From Muribaculaceae bacterium (lineage in GTDB: Bacteria > Bacteroidota > Bacteroidia > Bacteroidales > Muribaculaceae), in NCBI GenBank assembly GCA_017557425.1, contig JAFYYU010000007.1:13450-77449 (forward strand): DNA of 64,000 nt, read 5' to 3'. Positions 37,801-48,200 of the stretch are shown in pieces (positions within the stretch are counted from its first letter, which is position 1; each line of letters opens with the position of its first letter). The position numbers were made by a program, and so were the translations under genes. A model generated the notes under the pieces. The model was not told the origin of the DNA, searched no databases, and was given only the letters and a program-made list of their open reading frames with translations.

Positions 37801-38094
37801 GGTCAGTGTTGAATTAATCCGATATCTTGACCATTTGCTTCATTTTAATAGGCATTAAAACGATGCAAATCGATTAAATTAGGGAATGATGCAACTATGT
37901 TTTGACAAGAATTATCCGGAGAGGTTTTATGAATTTTGTTTTATAGAAAATACCTAACTTTATAAACCAAACTTAATAAAATCACACGATTCTTATTAAA
38001 TATAATTTATAAGAGTATCAGTAAAGATGTCATCAAACAATGCCTGGTCAGTAAGCAACGCGAGGTGGACCATTGCAATTGAAGACGTGTTGAA

Positions 38095-39429
38095 CTAATC
38101 CAACAACTTGACCAGGTCTTTCTTCATTTCCTCATCAATGTCCCTATATCGCTGGAAAGCTTTGCTGCCTTCCTTATGACCAGATAGGGCAGAAACAAGG
38201 TTTGGGTCTTTGACTTTTCTGTAAATGTTACCAATGAAAGTCCTACGTGCCATGTGGCTACTGGCGACTTCATAAATGGGACGCTTTACCTCCTCACGTG
38301 TCAGAGTGTCTAACGTGGTAACAATCCGATCAATGCCAGCAAGTTTGAAAAACTCCTTGATGGCCTTATTGTATTTCTGCTCAGAAATAAAAGGAAGGAG
38401 ACCGGGACCTTCAAAATCCTCGTAGCGTTTAAGAATCTCTTTCGCTCTCTCGTTAAGCGGAACACGAACCGTTAAGGGTCGTCCTTCTTTAGTTTTCTTG
38501 GGAATATACTCAATAGCACCATTGACAATACTCCGTTTTGTCATTCTGTAGAGGTCGCTAACGCGGCAGCCGATGACAGACTGGAAAATGAAGATGTCTC
38601 GCTGAATGGCAAGTTGTGGCCGTGCAGACAAATCCGCGTTCCAGATCTTCTCCCTCTCGTCTAATGATATATAGACGGGTGTACCATACAGGCACTCTTC
38701 AATGGGGAATTTGTCAAAAGGACGATTAGTAGTCTTTCCATTCTCATAACACCACAAGAAAAACGTCCTGATGCGTGAGAAACAATCAATCAATGTGTTC
38801 TTGCCTCTTGGCTGCGGGGTTCGCTTTTCAGGTATGTCCTCGTAGATTTGAGGGTACTTCTCAAAGTACTTATACTCATTCTCAAAGAAGTCCCACATAT
38901 CTGCAAGCGTTTCCCTGGTTACTTCGTTCACGTCAAGAACAAAATCTTTCCTGTTTCGCTTGGTTTTCTTGACATATAGCTCATATCGGAGCATGGAACG
39001 TTTAACCACCCTGAAATTCTTCTTACGGACTTCAGAAAGACGGTGTTTCTCCAGGAATTCATCGAAAAGTTGCTCAAAGGTTTGTTTCTTTTCTCCTTCT
39101 GGAGTGAATTTGTCGGGGTTATAGTATCTGAATAGGGTGGCTTTGAGCCAGTCCTTATCCAGGTTGTCCTTGTCCCGGTCATATTCCCTCTCGATGAAGC
39201 CTTTGAGTTTACGGAGTTCTTCATTGGTCTCTGTACGAAGCTTTGAATCACAAATAGCCTTTGACTTGATACACTCATTTTTCTCGTCCCATAAATTAGG
39301 ATTGATGGTGAGTTCTGTCTGGGCAACTGAATCCAACCTTCTGCCATCCCTTAGGCGCAAATATATGGTAGCTGTCGATTCCGTGTCATACCGTTTGGCC
39401 GATTTCTTGATAATAAATGTAACTTTCAT
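38095..39429 (-). CDS. Tyrosine site-specific integrase
   Basis: N-terminal arm-binding domain (IYLRLRDGR); catalytic GCRVSD, KKT, HMARR, SGH, RY. Confidence 0.93.
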   Translation of the reverse strand: MKVTFIIKKSAKRYDTESTATIYLRLRDGRRLDSVAQTELTINPNLWDEKNECIKSKAICDSKLRTETNEELRKLKGFIEREYDRDKDNLDKDWLKATLFRYYNPDKFTPEGEKKQTFEQLFDEFLEKHRLSEVRKKNFRVVKRSMLRYELYVKKTKRNRKDFVLDVNEVTRETLADMWDFFENEYKYFEKYPQIYEDIPEKRTPQPRGKNTLIDCFSRIRTFFLWCYENGKTTNRPFDKFPIEECLYGTPVYISLDEREKIWNADLSARPQLAIQRDIFIFQSVIGCRVSDLYRMTKRSIVNGAIEYIPKKTKEGRPLTVRVPLNERAKEILKRYEDFEGPGLLPFISEQKYNKAIKEFFKLAGIDRIVTTLDTLTREEVKRPIYEVASSHMARRTFIGNIYRKVKDPNLVSALSGHKEGSKAFQRYRDIDEEMKKDLVKLLD

Positions 39430-39507
39430 GTTTTTTTCTGGTTGTTGGGATAGTGTGTAAATAGCTTTATACAAAGGTAATACTTATCCTAAAAATGACC
39501 AAAATTT

Positions 39508-39781
39508 TTTCCCCACATTTTCCCCACATCTGCTAAAAACCTTGCAAAACGCTTAAATGCGCTTAAACCCGAATGTTTTTGTAAAACACTGTAAATCAAT
39601 GAGTAATAAGCAAAATTAAGGGGCTTTCAATTTCATGGAATTTAAGCGGTTTTAATATTTTCAATTGCGGCTCTGGGTACTTTTTAAAACCATTTAAAAT
39701 CTCGCAAGATGCTGATAATAAAGCGCTTGCGAGATTTTTTCTTTTGTATGGGGTGTTAATTTGCTCCACATTTGCTCCACA
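39508..39781 (+). other. att-like site: tandem arm repeats, tRNA-Leu-3'-like core, hairpin, tandem arm repeats
   Basis: (TTTCCCCACAT)x2 at 39508-29; core CGGCTCTGGGTAC at 39668-80; hairpin AAAATCTCGCAAG...CTTGCGAGATTTT at 39696-738; (TTTGCTCCACA)x2 at 39760-81. Confidence 0.65.
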
Positions 39782-40096
39782 AGTCCTGACAAGAAAAATG
39801 TGTATTGTGTTAAATAATACCAATAAAGAAGGGATTGTTCCATTTTGTTTCCTATCATTACAGGTGGATATATACAATTATTGCATCAAGATATAAAAAC
39901 AACGTATTAAGGTATTGTTGTCTTCCTTAGTGTTTTGATTTCATGTTCTTAAATGCCAAACGAGTCTATCACATTGGCATATTTGGCTTGCCATATATTG
40001 AATTCTGACCATTCAAAACATTTTCTTTATCTCATCTGGCTTATAAGATTGGATTTTTTTCTATATTTGCATGTGATAACATAGAAACCAGAGAAG

Positions 40097-41209
40097 ATGA
40101 AAAAATGGTTAATGCTATGTGTGGTGATGTTCAACTTCGTCACCGCAGCATTCTCGCAGAACGCCAAGGCTGTGCTTATCGCAGACAGTCTGACAAGGGT
40201 CTCGCTTTATGACAATAACGGTTGGGGAGGCACACCTTTGGCATGGACATTGCAAGAACATCTCAATGAGGTGGCCTCCAATGATGACCTCGTGGCATTG
40301 GCTCGTAGTCATCGAAACGGTGCCGCTCGTGCCGTGGCATTCAGACTACTGCTGGCACGCTGTGACAGTCGCTACCGCGACATCCTCTATTGTTCACTTA
40401 ATGACACGACGAGTTTCCGTGAGCAGGGTTTCGACATCATTGGTTCAACCAATGTTGCCAACTATATGGTGAATGCTGTGACCCAACATTGGGATTTTCA
40501 AAGTCTCAGAGATAGCATTTACCTGGACAGTCTTATCCGCAGCGAACCCAAGTTGATGGAAACTGCTCCGCATCTTTATAATACCTTGGTAAAAAGATCT
40601 ACAGTGAGAGATTTTCGCCGCATCTTTACGCAGAAAGACAGTGTCACCCTTGACAGTATGCTCTTCTTCACTCCCAATATGCAACACATCGACCGGCTAT
40701 ATACGATTCTCGAGGAACTACCCGCAGAAGAATGCTACTACGAGCGGCTGCACCAGATGTATTATGACGAAGGAATTGCTGAAGCATTGCCGAACCTCTG
40801 CCGCTACCGGCGCGAAGAAGATAAGGCAACTGTAATCGAGTGCCTGTTGGAATACTCCAAAGGACTTGACAAGGAACATGTTCGAAATGGCCCGGAGGGC
40901 AGAACCAACCAAGGCCTTGAGGCTGTGTCCATCTGGCCCGACCCTGCATTTCTCCCTGCGCTTCGTAAAGTGCGCGACTTCGAGGTATCACGCAAACACT
41001 ATAACTATGGTCGTATCCGTCTCTTCTATCTTGCACTGATGGCCTATGACGATGAAAACTCATACAACTTCATCGACGAAACCCTACGCATGACCGGCAG
41101 GAACAAAACCACCCAGAAATATCATCTGGAGTTTTTCCATAAAGCCTATGAGACGAATCCGAACTTCCGCTATGAATCTCTCCTAAAGAAATATGACAAA
41201 ATCCCTTGA
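40097..41209 (+). CDS. Secreted hypothetical alpha-helical (HEAT-like) protein
   Basis: Signal peptide MKKWLMLCVVMFNFVTAAFSQ; helical repeats. Confidence 0.75.
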   Translation: MKKWLMLCVVMFNFVTAAFSQNAKAVLIADSLTRVSLYDNNGWGGTPLAWTLQEHLNEVASNDDLVALARSHRNGAARAVAFRLLLARCDSRYRDILYCSLNDTTSFREQGFDIIGSTNVANYMVNAVTQHWDFQSLRDSIYLDSLIRSEPKLMETAPHLYNTLVKRSTVRDFRRIFTQKDSVTLDSMLFFTPNMQHIDRLYTILEELPAEECYYERLHQMYYDEGIAEALPNLCRYRREEDKATVIECLLEYSKGLDKEHVRNGPEGRTNQGLEAVSIWPDPAFLPALRKVRDFEVSRKHYNYGRIRLFYLALMAYDDENSYNFIDETLRMTGRNKTTQKYHLEFFHKAYETNPNFRYESLLKKYDKIP

Positions 41210-41288
41210 TTGATTCTTTGATTGCGGTGAAAGGCCCGTCACATGTGAGGAAGGAATGACAAGCGTCCCAAAAACAAAACTTCATCTT

Positions 41289-41390
41289 ATGAAAAGAAAT
41301 ATTTTATTTTGCATATTGTTTACAGGCCTATTATTATTAGCGGGGACTCAGTATGGATTCTGTCAATACAGCAAAAGTATTATGAGCTAG
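41289..41390 (+). pseudogene. Truncated secreted-protein gene (signal peptide only)
   Basis: MKRNILFCILFTGLLLLAGTQYGFCQYSKSIMS*. Confidence 0.35.
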
Positions 41391-41594
41391 CGGTTTGAAA
41401 AAAACTTAGAGCCACGTTTTTGAGGCTTATCATTGGGCATGGTCCTACACTCTTTAAGAAGCATTTATATACTCCAACTTACCTATTCATCCATAATTGT
41501 GATTAAATTGTTGCGCACAGGCAACATTTTTTTGAAAAAACGCTGTTTGTGCGCAACAATTTTATTACTTTTGCGTCGGTAAAACAGAAATCGT

Positions 41595-42806
41595 ATGGAT
41601 TCGTTATTTAGAAAAAGTGACAGACTACTGGCTAATACCCAGACGGAGATTATTCGTGACAAGATGAATGAGATACACTGGAATGCCCAGCTTGTCACCA
41701 TTATGGGAGCTAAAGGCGTGGGCAAATCCACGCTCATCAAGCAGTATCTAAAGCAGAAGTATGGACTCGGCGACCGCCGCATACTCTATTGTTCAGCTGA
41801 TACTATAGATTTCTCTATGCGAACACTTGTGGGGTTGGCAGAGGAATTTGTAATTCGAGGTGGCGAACTATTGGCAATCGATGAGATTCATAAGTACAAA
41901 TCTGGCACAACTGACTGGAGTCGTGAAATCAAAGAGATCCATGAATTGTACCCCGACTTAAAACTGATTGTCAGCGGGTCATCCCTTCTTCGTTTAAGGG
42001 AAGGAGATGCTGACCTCTCTCGTCGTGCTGTCAAGTACACGATGCCTGGACTTTCATTCCGCGAGTCACTTCGTTTCTATCATGGGCTGAACTTCAAACA
42101 ATGGACATTGGAGGACGTACTGGCTCATCCATATGATTTGTGGCATGAGGTTTCTTCAAAGTGCAAACCTGTTGCCCTGTTCAAAGAGTATTTGGAAAAA
42201 GGTTACTATCCCTTCTTATTGGAGGGCGAAGGCGAATACTACACCAAGATTGAGCAGGTTGTGAACTACATTATTGAAACTGAACTACCTCAAATTTGCA
42301 AAGTCGATGTGGCTAATGTCAGAAAATTGCAGGCTCTTATTGCTCTTATCTGTAGTGAAGTTCCATATGAACTGAATGCAAATAAGATTGCTGCCGCCAT
42401 TGAGATCGGACGTGACACAGTGGTAGAATATCTGAAATATCTTGGTGATGCAAAAGTGCTCAATCTGTTATATTCGGATAAGAAAAAGATTGGCAAACTC
42501 TCTAAGCCGGATAAAGTCTATTTGGAGAATCCAAATATTCTTTATGCATTGACACCCACAAAGGCTGAAATTGGGACGCTACGTGAAACTTTTGCAATAT
42601 GTAGTCTTTCAGAAAACCATATCGTAGAATATGGTAAGGCGCAAGGCGATTTCAAAGTGGATGCCAAATACACTTTTGAGATAGGAGGACGCAGCAAGGG
42701 CTTTTCACAGATTGCAGGTGTGGTGAACTCCTACATCTTTGCTGACGACTGGGACATGCCTGATGGCGCAAAATTGCCATTATGGATGCTTGGATTCCTA
42801 TATTGA
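41595..42806 (+). CDS. AAA+ ATPase (AAA_14/DUF4143-type)
   Basis: GAKGVGKST, LAIDEIHK, VSGSS, GLSFRE, GYYP, KVYLENPN, FEIGG. Confidence 0.88.
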   Translation: MDSLFRKSDRLLANTQTEIIRDKMNEIHWNAQLVTIMGAKGVGKSTLIKQYLKQKYGLGDRRILYCSADTIDFSMRTLVGLAEEFVIRGGELLAIDEIHKYKSGTTDWSREIKEIHELYPDLKLIVSGSSLLRLREGDADLSRRAVKYTMPGLSFRESLRFYHGLNFKQWTLEDVLAHPYDLWHEVSSKCKPVALFKEYLEKGYYPFLLEGEGEYYTKIEQVVNYIIETELPQICKVDVANVRKLQALIALICSEVPYELNANKIAAAIEIGRDTVVEYLKYLGDAKVLNLLYSDKKKIGKLSKPDKVYLENPNILYALTPTKAEIGTLRETFAICSLSENHIVEYGKAQGDFKVDAKYTFEIGGRSKGFSQIAGVVNSYIFADDWDMPDGAKLPLWMLGFLY

Positions 42807-42818
42807 GGTAACGAGAGT

Positions 42819-42867
42819 CAATAAATAGTCACTACTGTCCGGATTAGATAGTAGTGACTGTTTATTG
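42819..42867 (+). terminator. Long hairpin after the ATPase gene
   Basis: CAATAAATAGTCACTACTGTC...GATAGTAGTGACTGTTTATTG (21-bp stem with G-U pairs). Confidence 0.6.
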
Positions 42868-43316
42868 TATCCTGCTGTATCATAATGGTCTTGAGATTTA
42901 GAACAAAAAAACTGAGCTTTCCCACAGATTTTCGTTCATAAACGACATTTTTAATCAAGAGGCACAGAGGTTTGGTTTGTCGCTTTGCTATATATGCGCA
43001 ATGCGAACTAAACTTATTCATCTTTCGCTAGAATTAAAAATACTTGCTGGCGAAAGGAAAAAGTGTTTTCTTTTGGCCAGCAAGAATCTTTGGTCACAAT
43101 TCCAATGATGGCAGGCTGTTGATGGCATCCTCTTTCAGTTTGTCAACAGGTGGCGAGGGTTAAAAAATTAGCCGCGCATTGGGATTGTCAACATTTTGGG
43201 TTATCTTTGCATCGCAATAACAATGGCGGTGACAATTAAAGACTGCCTCAGATGTAATTGAGAGCATAATCTTCATTTTTTAAGGACACGATGAACCTTT
43301 TAATCAGATAAGGAAT

Positions 43317-43517
43317 ATGACGATTATAGTAAACAAATCGAAAATCAGGATTTTCAGCGGTGCAACGGTCGGTGACGCTGTGCTGCGTTGGGCTGTGCGC
43401 AACAGGTTGGATATCAGTAAGGTTTCCTCAATCCAGGTCACCGACAAATGGGGACATCCACTGGATAATGCGGCCCCCTTGAGTGAGAATCAAATTATAA
43501 AAATAATAAACCCGTGA
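43317..43517 (+). CDS. Small beta-grasp/ThiS-like protein lacking C-terminal GG
   Basis: MTIIVN...GATVGDAV...PLSENQIIKI pattern; 4 bp upstream of the nucleotidase gene. Confidence 0.6.
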   Translation: MTIIVNKSKIRIFSGATVGDAVLRWAVRNRLDISKVSSIQVTDKWGHPLDNAAPLSENQIIKIINP

Positions 43518-43521
43518 TGTT

Positions 43522-44949
43522 ATGAAAAAGTTGTTTTTTTCCATCGTGACATTAGTTTTGGTCTCGGTCTGTGGCACAGTTCATGGTGAGACCGTCAGGA
43601 TTTTGTCAACCAATGATATGCACTCGGCGATTGAGAAGATGCCTCAACTTGCCGCTATCGTGGACAGCATGCGGGCAATTGACCCGTTTTTGCTGGTCTT
43701 GTCGGCAGGAGATAATCGCACTGGCAATCCTTACAACGACCTCTACCAGCCTGTCTCATATCCCATGATCTCAATGATGAACCTTATCGGGTTTGACGCG
43801 TCGGGCTTGGGTAACCATGAGTATGACTCCAAGGTTGAAGGCCTTGCCCGGGTAATCACGTTGTCCAATTTCCCGTACCTTGCCGCGAACATCAGTTGCC
43901 CGCCCGAGACGGGGATTCAAGTGCGTCCTTATAAGGTCTTTGACGTCAAGGGCATTAAAGTGGGCGTGCTTGGCATCACACAGGTGGGAACTTTGGGCAT
44001 CCCCGACACGAGCCCCGAGAATGTGACAGGGCTGACGTTCCAGCAACCCGAGGAAATTATTCCGCAGTATAAATGGCTCACCGAGCAATGCGATGTCAAT
44101 GTCTTGCTGACCCATGTGGGCTATGAGGTCGATTTAGAGTTGGCCAAGCAGTTCCCGTACTATGATCTCATCGTCAGCAGCCACAGCCACACTCAACTTG
44201 AGGGCGGAGAAATTCACGATGGCGTTTTGATTACCCAGAACGGCTACCAGTTGCCACGCGTCACCCTCACGACCCTGGAGGTTGAAGGCGGCAAAGTGGT
44301 GAGCAAGAAAGCCGAGAACATCTATCTGAACAAGTCGCAGAGCCGCAGCGAGGCCGCCGATGTCCTGCTCAAACACTTCATGAGCAGTCCTGAATTTGAG
44401 CGCGTAGTAGCTCATTCCCAAAGTGACATTAACACTTATGACGCGCTGGGTGTGATGATGTGCGATGCGTGGTTAGAGGAATGCAATTGTGACATCGCCC
44501 TGGAGAACTATGGAGGCGTGCGCTATGACTACTTCCCCGCAGGCCCCATCACGGTAAAAGACATCCTTAACCTCGATCCATTCATGAACAGCCCGGTGGT
44601 GATGACCCTGAGCGGCAAAGAACTCAGTGACATGCTCATCGCATGCTTTAAGGCCGATCGCAACCGCTTCCCCGTCACCAGCGGATGCAGTGCCGTGGTG
44701 ACCTATACCGACGACAGCAAGTCATCAATCAAGAAACTGGAGCTTTTTGACACGAATGGCAAGAAACTCAACATGAAGAAAAAGTACCGCGTGGTGACCA
44801 ACAACTATGTGGCATCAATCGCCGATTCTCCCCGCGAGGACCAGGGTGAACGTGGAGCCATGACCACCAGCGACCTCATCATGCAATGGCTTGAGAAAAA
44901 AGGAACTGTCGACTACCAGGGTCGCTCCAGTTTTACCGAGAAGTATTGA
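43522..44949 (+). CDS. Secreted 5'-nucleotidase/metallophosphoesterase
   Basis: TNDMH, AGD, LGNHEYD, LTHVG, SHSH, NYGGVR; signal peptide. Confidence 0.92.
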   Translation: MKKLFFSIVTLVLVSVCGTVHGETVRILSTNDMHSAIEKMPQLAAIVDSMRAIDPFLLVLSAGDNRTGNPYNDLYQPVSYPMISMMNLIGFDASGLGNHEYDSKVEGLARVITLSNFPYLAANISCPPETGIQVRPYKVFDVKGIKVGVLGITQVGTLGIPDTSPENVTGLTFQQPEEIIPQYKWLTEQCDVNVLLTHVGYEVDLELAKQFPYYDLIVSSHSHTQLEGGEIHDGVLITQNGYQLPRVTLTTLEVEGGKVVSKKAENIYLNKSQSRSEAADVLLKHFMSSPEFERVVAHSQSDINTYDALGVMMCDAWLEECNCDIALENYGGVRYDYFPAGPITVKDILNLDPFMNSPVVMTLSGKELSDMLIACFKADRNRFPVTSGCSAVVTYTDDSKSSIKKLELFDTNGKKLNMKKKYRVVTNNYVASIADSPREDQGERGAMTTSDLIMQWLEKKGTVDYQGRSSFTEKY

Positions 44950-45002
44950 TCGCGATACTCTAGAACAACGGTTTGAGACCTGCCCTGGGTGTCAAGCAAA
45001 AC

Positions 45003-45038
45003 AAAAGGTGCCGACAATCGACGATTGCGGCACCTTTT
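45003..45038 (+). terminator. Intrinsic terminator
   Basis: AAAAGGTGCCG...CGGCACCTTTT. Confidence 0.75.
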
Positions 45039-45272
45039 CTGTTTTCTGCTTCAATGCAGTGGCAGACGATTGATCGGGGGAGGGCGAGTGGCCGTGAATC
45101 TTCTATGGTTTCCGGTTAGTGGATAAGTTCAGGTTATTTGTTTACTTTTTTTATCTCTACTGGCTCATAAATCGGGAATTATATCTAAATTTGCGGGTTA
45201 AAGGAATTTTGTTTACTTCTTTTAGAGGCTAAATCGCTGAAATTTAACCAATAACCATATAAACTAGTTATC

Positions 45273-48200
45273 ATGTATAAAATTGAAAACCATCCTATTC
45301 TTGACCTTCCAAAAGAAGAGTTTGTGGAATTTCAGTTTGAAGGGAGGACCGTTCGCGGCCAGAAAGGCAAAACCATAGCTGCCGCCCTTCATCAGGCAGG
45401 ATTTGTTGTGCACAGCCACAGCACCTCGGGCCGCAACCGCAGTCTGGAGTGCGGTATCGGCAAGTGCGGTGCCTGCGAAATGCTCGTCGACGGCCAGGTG
45501 CGCCGCATCTGCATCACCAGCATCGACGGTGTGAAAGAGGTGCGCGAGATTCCCAAGGACTATATGCCCGAGGGCAAGGCCCGTGAAGCCAGTGAGACCA
45601 AGATTTACAAGACGACGGTTGCCATCATCGGCGGCGGCCCTGCCGGTCTGGCATGCCGTGAGCAGCTCACTGCACTGGGAATTCCCAACATCGTGGTGGA
45701 CAACAATGCCACCGAGGGTGGTCAGTTCAATATGCAGACCCACCAGTTCTTCTTCTTTGAGAAAGAGCAGAAGTTCGGTGGTATGCGTGGTTTTGACATC
45801 GCCAAGACACTTGCGGGCGACAGCCACGACGGCATCCTGCTCAACAACACCGTGTGGGACCTGCTCGAAGGCCGCCGCATCGCCCTGAAGAATATCGTCA
45901 CCCAGGAGGTGAGCTATATCGATGCCGACCATCTGGTAGTGGCAACGGGTGCCGTGCCCTTCATGCCCGTATTTGAGAACGACGACGTGCCCGGTGTTTA
46001 CACCGCAGCCGTGTTCCAAAAGATGATGAACCAGGAGCATACCCTGCTGGGTAAACGCGTGCTCACCGTGGGTGCCGGTAACATCGGCTACCTCACCAGC
46101 TACCAGGCCATGCAAGCCGGTGCTACCATCAAGGCCATCATCGAAGGTATGGACCACGAGGGCGGCTTCCCCGTTCAGGCCAACCGTGTTCGCCGTCTGG
46201 GCATCCCCATCATGACCTCACACGTGCTCATTCGTGCCATCCCCAACGAGGACTACACCGGCGTTAAGGGTGCCGTGATTGCCGAGTGCAAGAATTTCCA
46301 GCCCATTCCCGGCACCGAGCAGGTGATTGACGACATCGACATCATCAACATCTGCACGGGTCTGATTCCCGATAACCAACTGCTCGTGAAGGGCCGCTCG
46401 GTATTCGGCCGCAACGTGTATGGTGCCGGCGATGCCGTCCGCATCGGCGAGGGCACCAGTGCCGTGCTGCGTGGCAAGCAGGTGGCCTATGAGGTGGCTC
46501 AGGAGTTGGGCCTCCGTTTCAACTATGAGGACTACCTGGAGGTTTCCCGTCAGTATATCGACTCACAGCAGCGTCCCGTTCGTCTGCTTGACCAGCCGCG
46601 CATCCCCGATGAGGAGCGCATGGCCCTGAAGCCCTATGTGCAGATCAACTGCCTCTACGGGTTTGCCTGCAATCCCTGTACCTTCGCCTGCCCGCAGGGC
46701 GCTATCACCAAGCCCACCACGTCGTCGGTACCGATGGTCGATTACGACAAGTGTATCGGCTGTATGCAGTGCGTGAACCACTGCCCCGGTCTGGCCATCT
46801 TCGGCTACGACAAGCGCAAGAATGTGGTCTTCCTGCCTGTAGAATATGAGGTGGAAGAGGGCAAGGAAGTCTTCCTCGTTGATGACAACGGCGCCAAGGT
46901 GGGCCAGGGCATCATCGAGAAAGTGCTCAAGAAAGACAACAAGACCAATGTGGCCCGTGTTCAGGCCACCGAGGTCGATGACCTGAACCAAGTGAAAGGA
47001 TTCATCCTCAAGGAGCGCTATCCCGAGCCCTTGAACCTGCGACCCCTCACCGACCCCGAGGAAGGCAAGTCCTTCGTCTGCCACTGCGAGGATGTGGATG
47101 TGCAGACCCTGCTCGCCGTGGTTGGCGACCGCAAATACATCTCGGTGGACGAACTCAAGCACACCACCCGCATGGGTATGGGTCCTTGCCGCGGCAAGCG
47201 CTGCGTGTCGCGAGCCAAGCAGATCCTGCGTGCCCACGGTATCGAAGTGACCGGCGACAGCACCCCGCGTGCACCGCTGGCCAACCAAGTCACCTTAGGC
47301 GATGTGTACAATGGCGAGACCAAAGAGACCTTCGTCTTTGAGCACGGCTCCGTCATCGAGAAAGCCGAGACCGAAATCCTCGTCGCTGGCGGCGGTATGG
47401 CCGGTAGCGCAGCATTCCGCTATTTTGCCGAGGCCGGCAAGCGCACCATCCTGGTGAACTACGACCGCGGTTCAACATGGCGCTGCATCGGTGGTGGACG
47501 TCCCGCCTTCTCCAACCCCGACATCAGCGACATCGCCATGCACAACCTGGAAATCTTCCGCGACGACCAGCAGCATTGCAACATCGACCTGAAGATGACG
47601 CGCTATGTCAACCTCGTGCACGACGACGCCACCTACCGCTCCCTTGACGCTTCACGCGCCTGGAGTGAGGCCTATATGATTGACCGCAAGGACTTTACCA
47701 AGGTAATTTCGCCTTACTGGAATCCCAACGACAACATCTATAGCCACGCCTTGATTTCTGAGAACTGCTGGCAGGCCACGCCGGGACGCACCATCGAGTA
47801 CGTTCGCAACGTGGGCAAGCAGCATGGCGGCGAGGTGCTCGAGGACTGCGAGGTGCTGCACGTACAGCGCGTCGGTGACAAATACCGCGTGCTGGTACGC
47901 CGCCACGACAAGCACTACGTGGAATACACATGCGACCACTTTGTTAACGCCATGGGTTGGGGCTCAGAAAAGTTTACCGACATGCTCGGCATCGACACCC
48001 AGCTCTTCCCCGTCAAGCACCAGGCATTCATCACCCGCCGACTGCCCAACATGGGTATCAACGGCGACTCGCTCGACATGATTATCGACCGCCGTCACTA
48101 CAAGGGCTTCAACGCCGTTTACGGTCAGCAGTTCCTGCACACCGGACAGATTATCGGCTGCGCATCGCCCGACTGCGATGCCTATGAGGCACGCCAGAAC

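Larger units (their letters stand above)
11700..43100. mobile_element. AT-rich integrative genomic/defence island (boundaries approximate)
   Basis: Visible drop in GC relative to both flanks. Contains an integrase, xis-like HTH, primase module, att-like site, defence genes and IS elements. No flanking direct repeats were found. Confidence 0.55.

Noticed and set aside
39668-39680. Intact tRNA-Leu gene
   Set aside because: Only 13 bp resemble the 3' end; upstream sequence has no D-arm, anticodon arm or TTCG loop.
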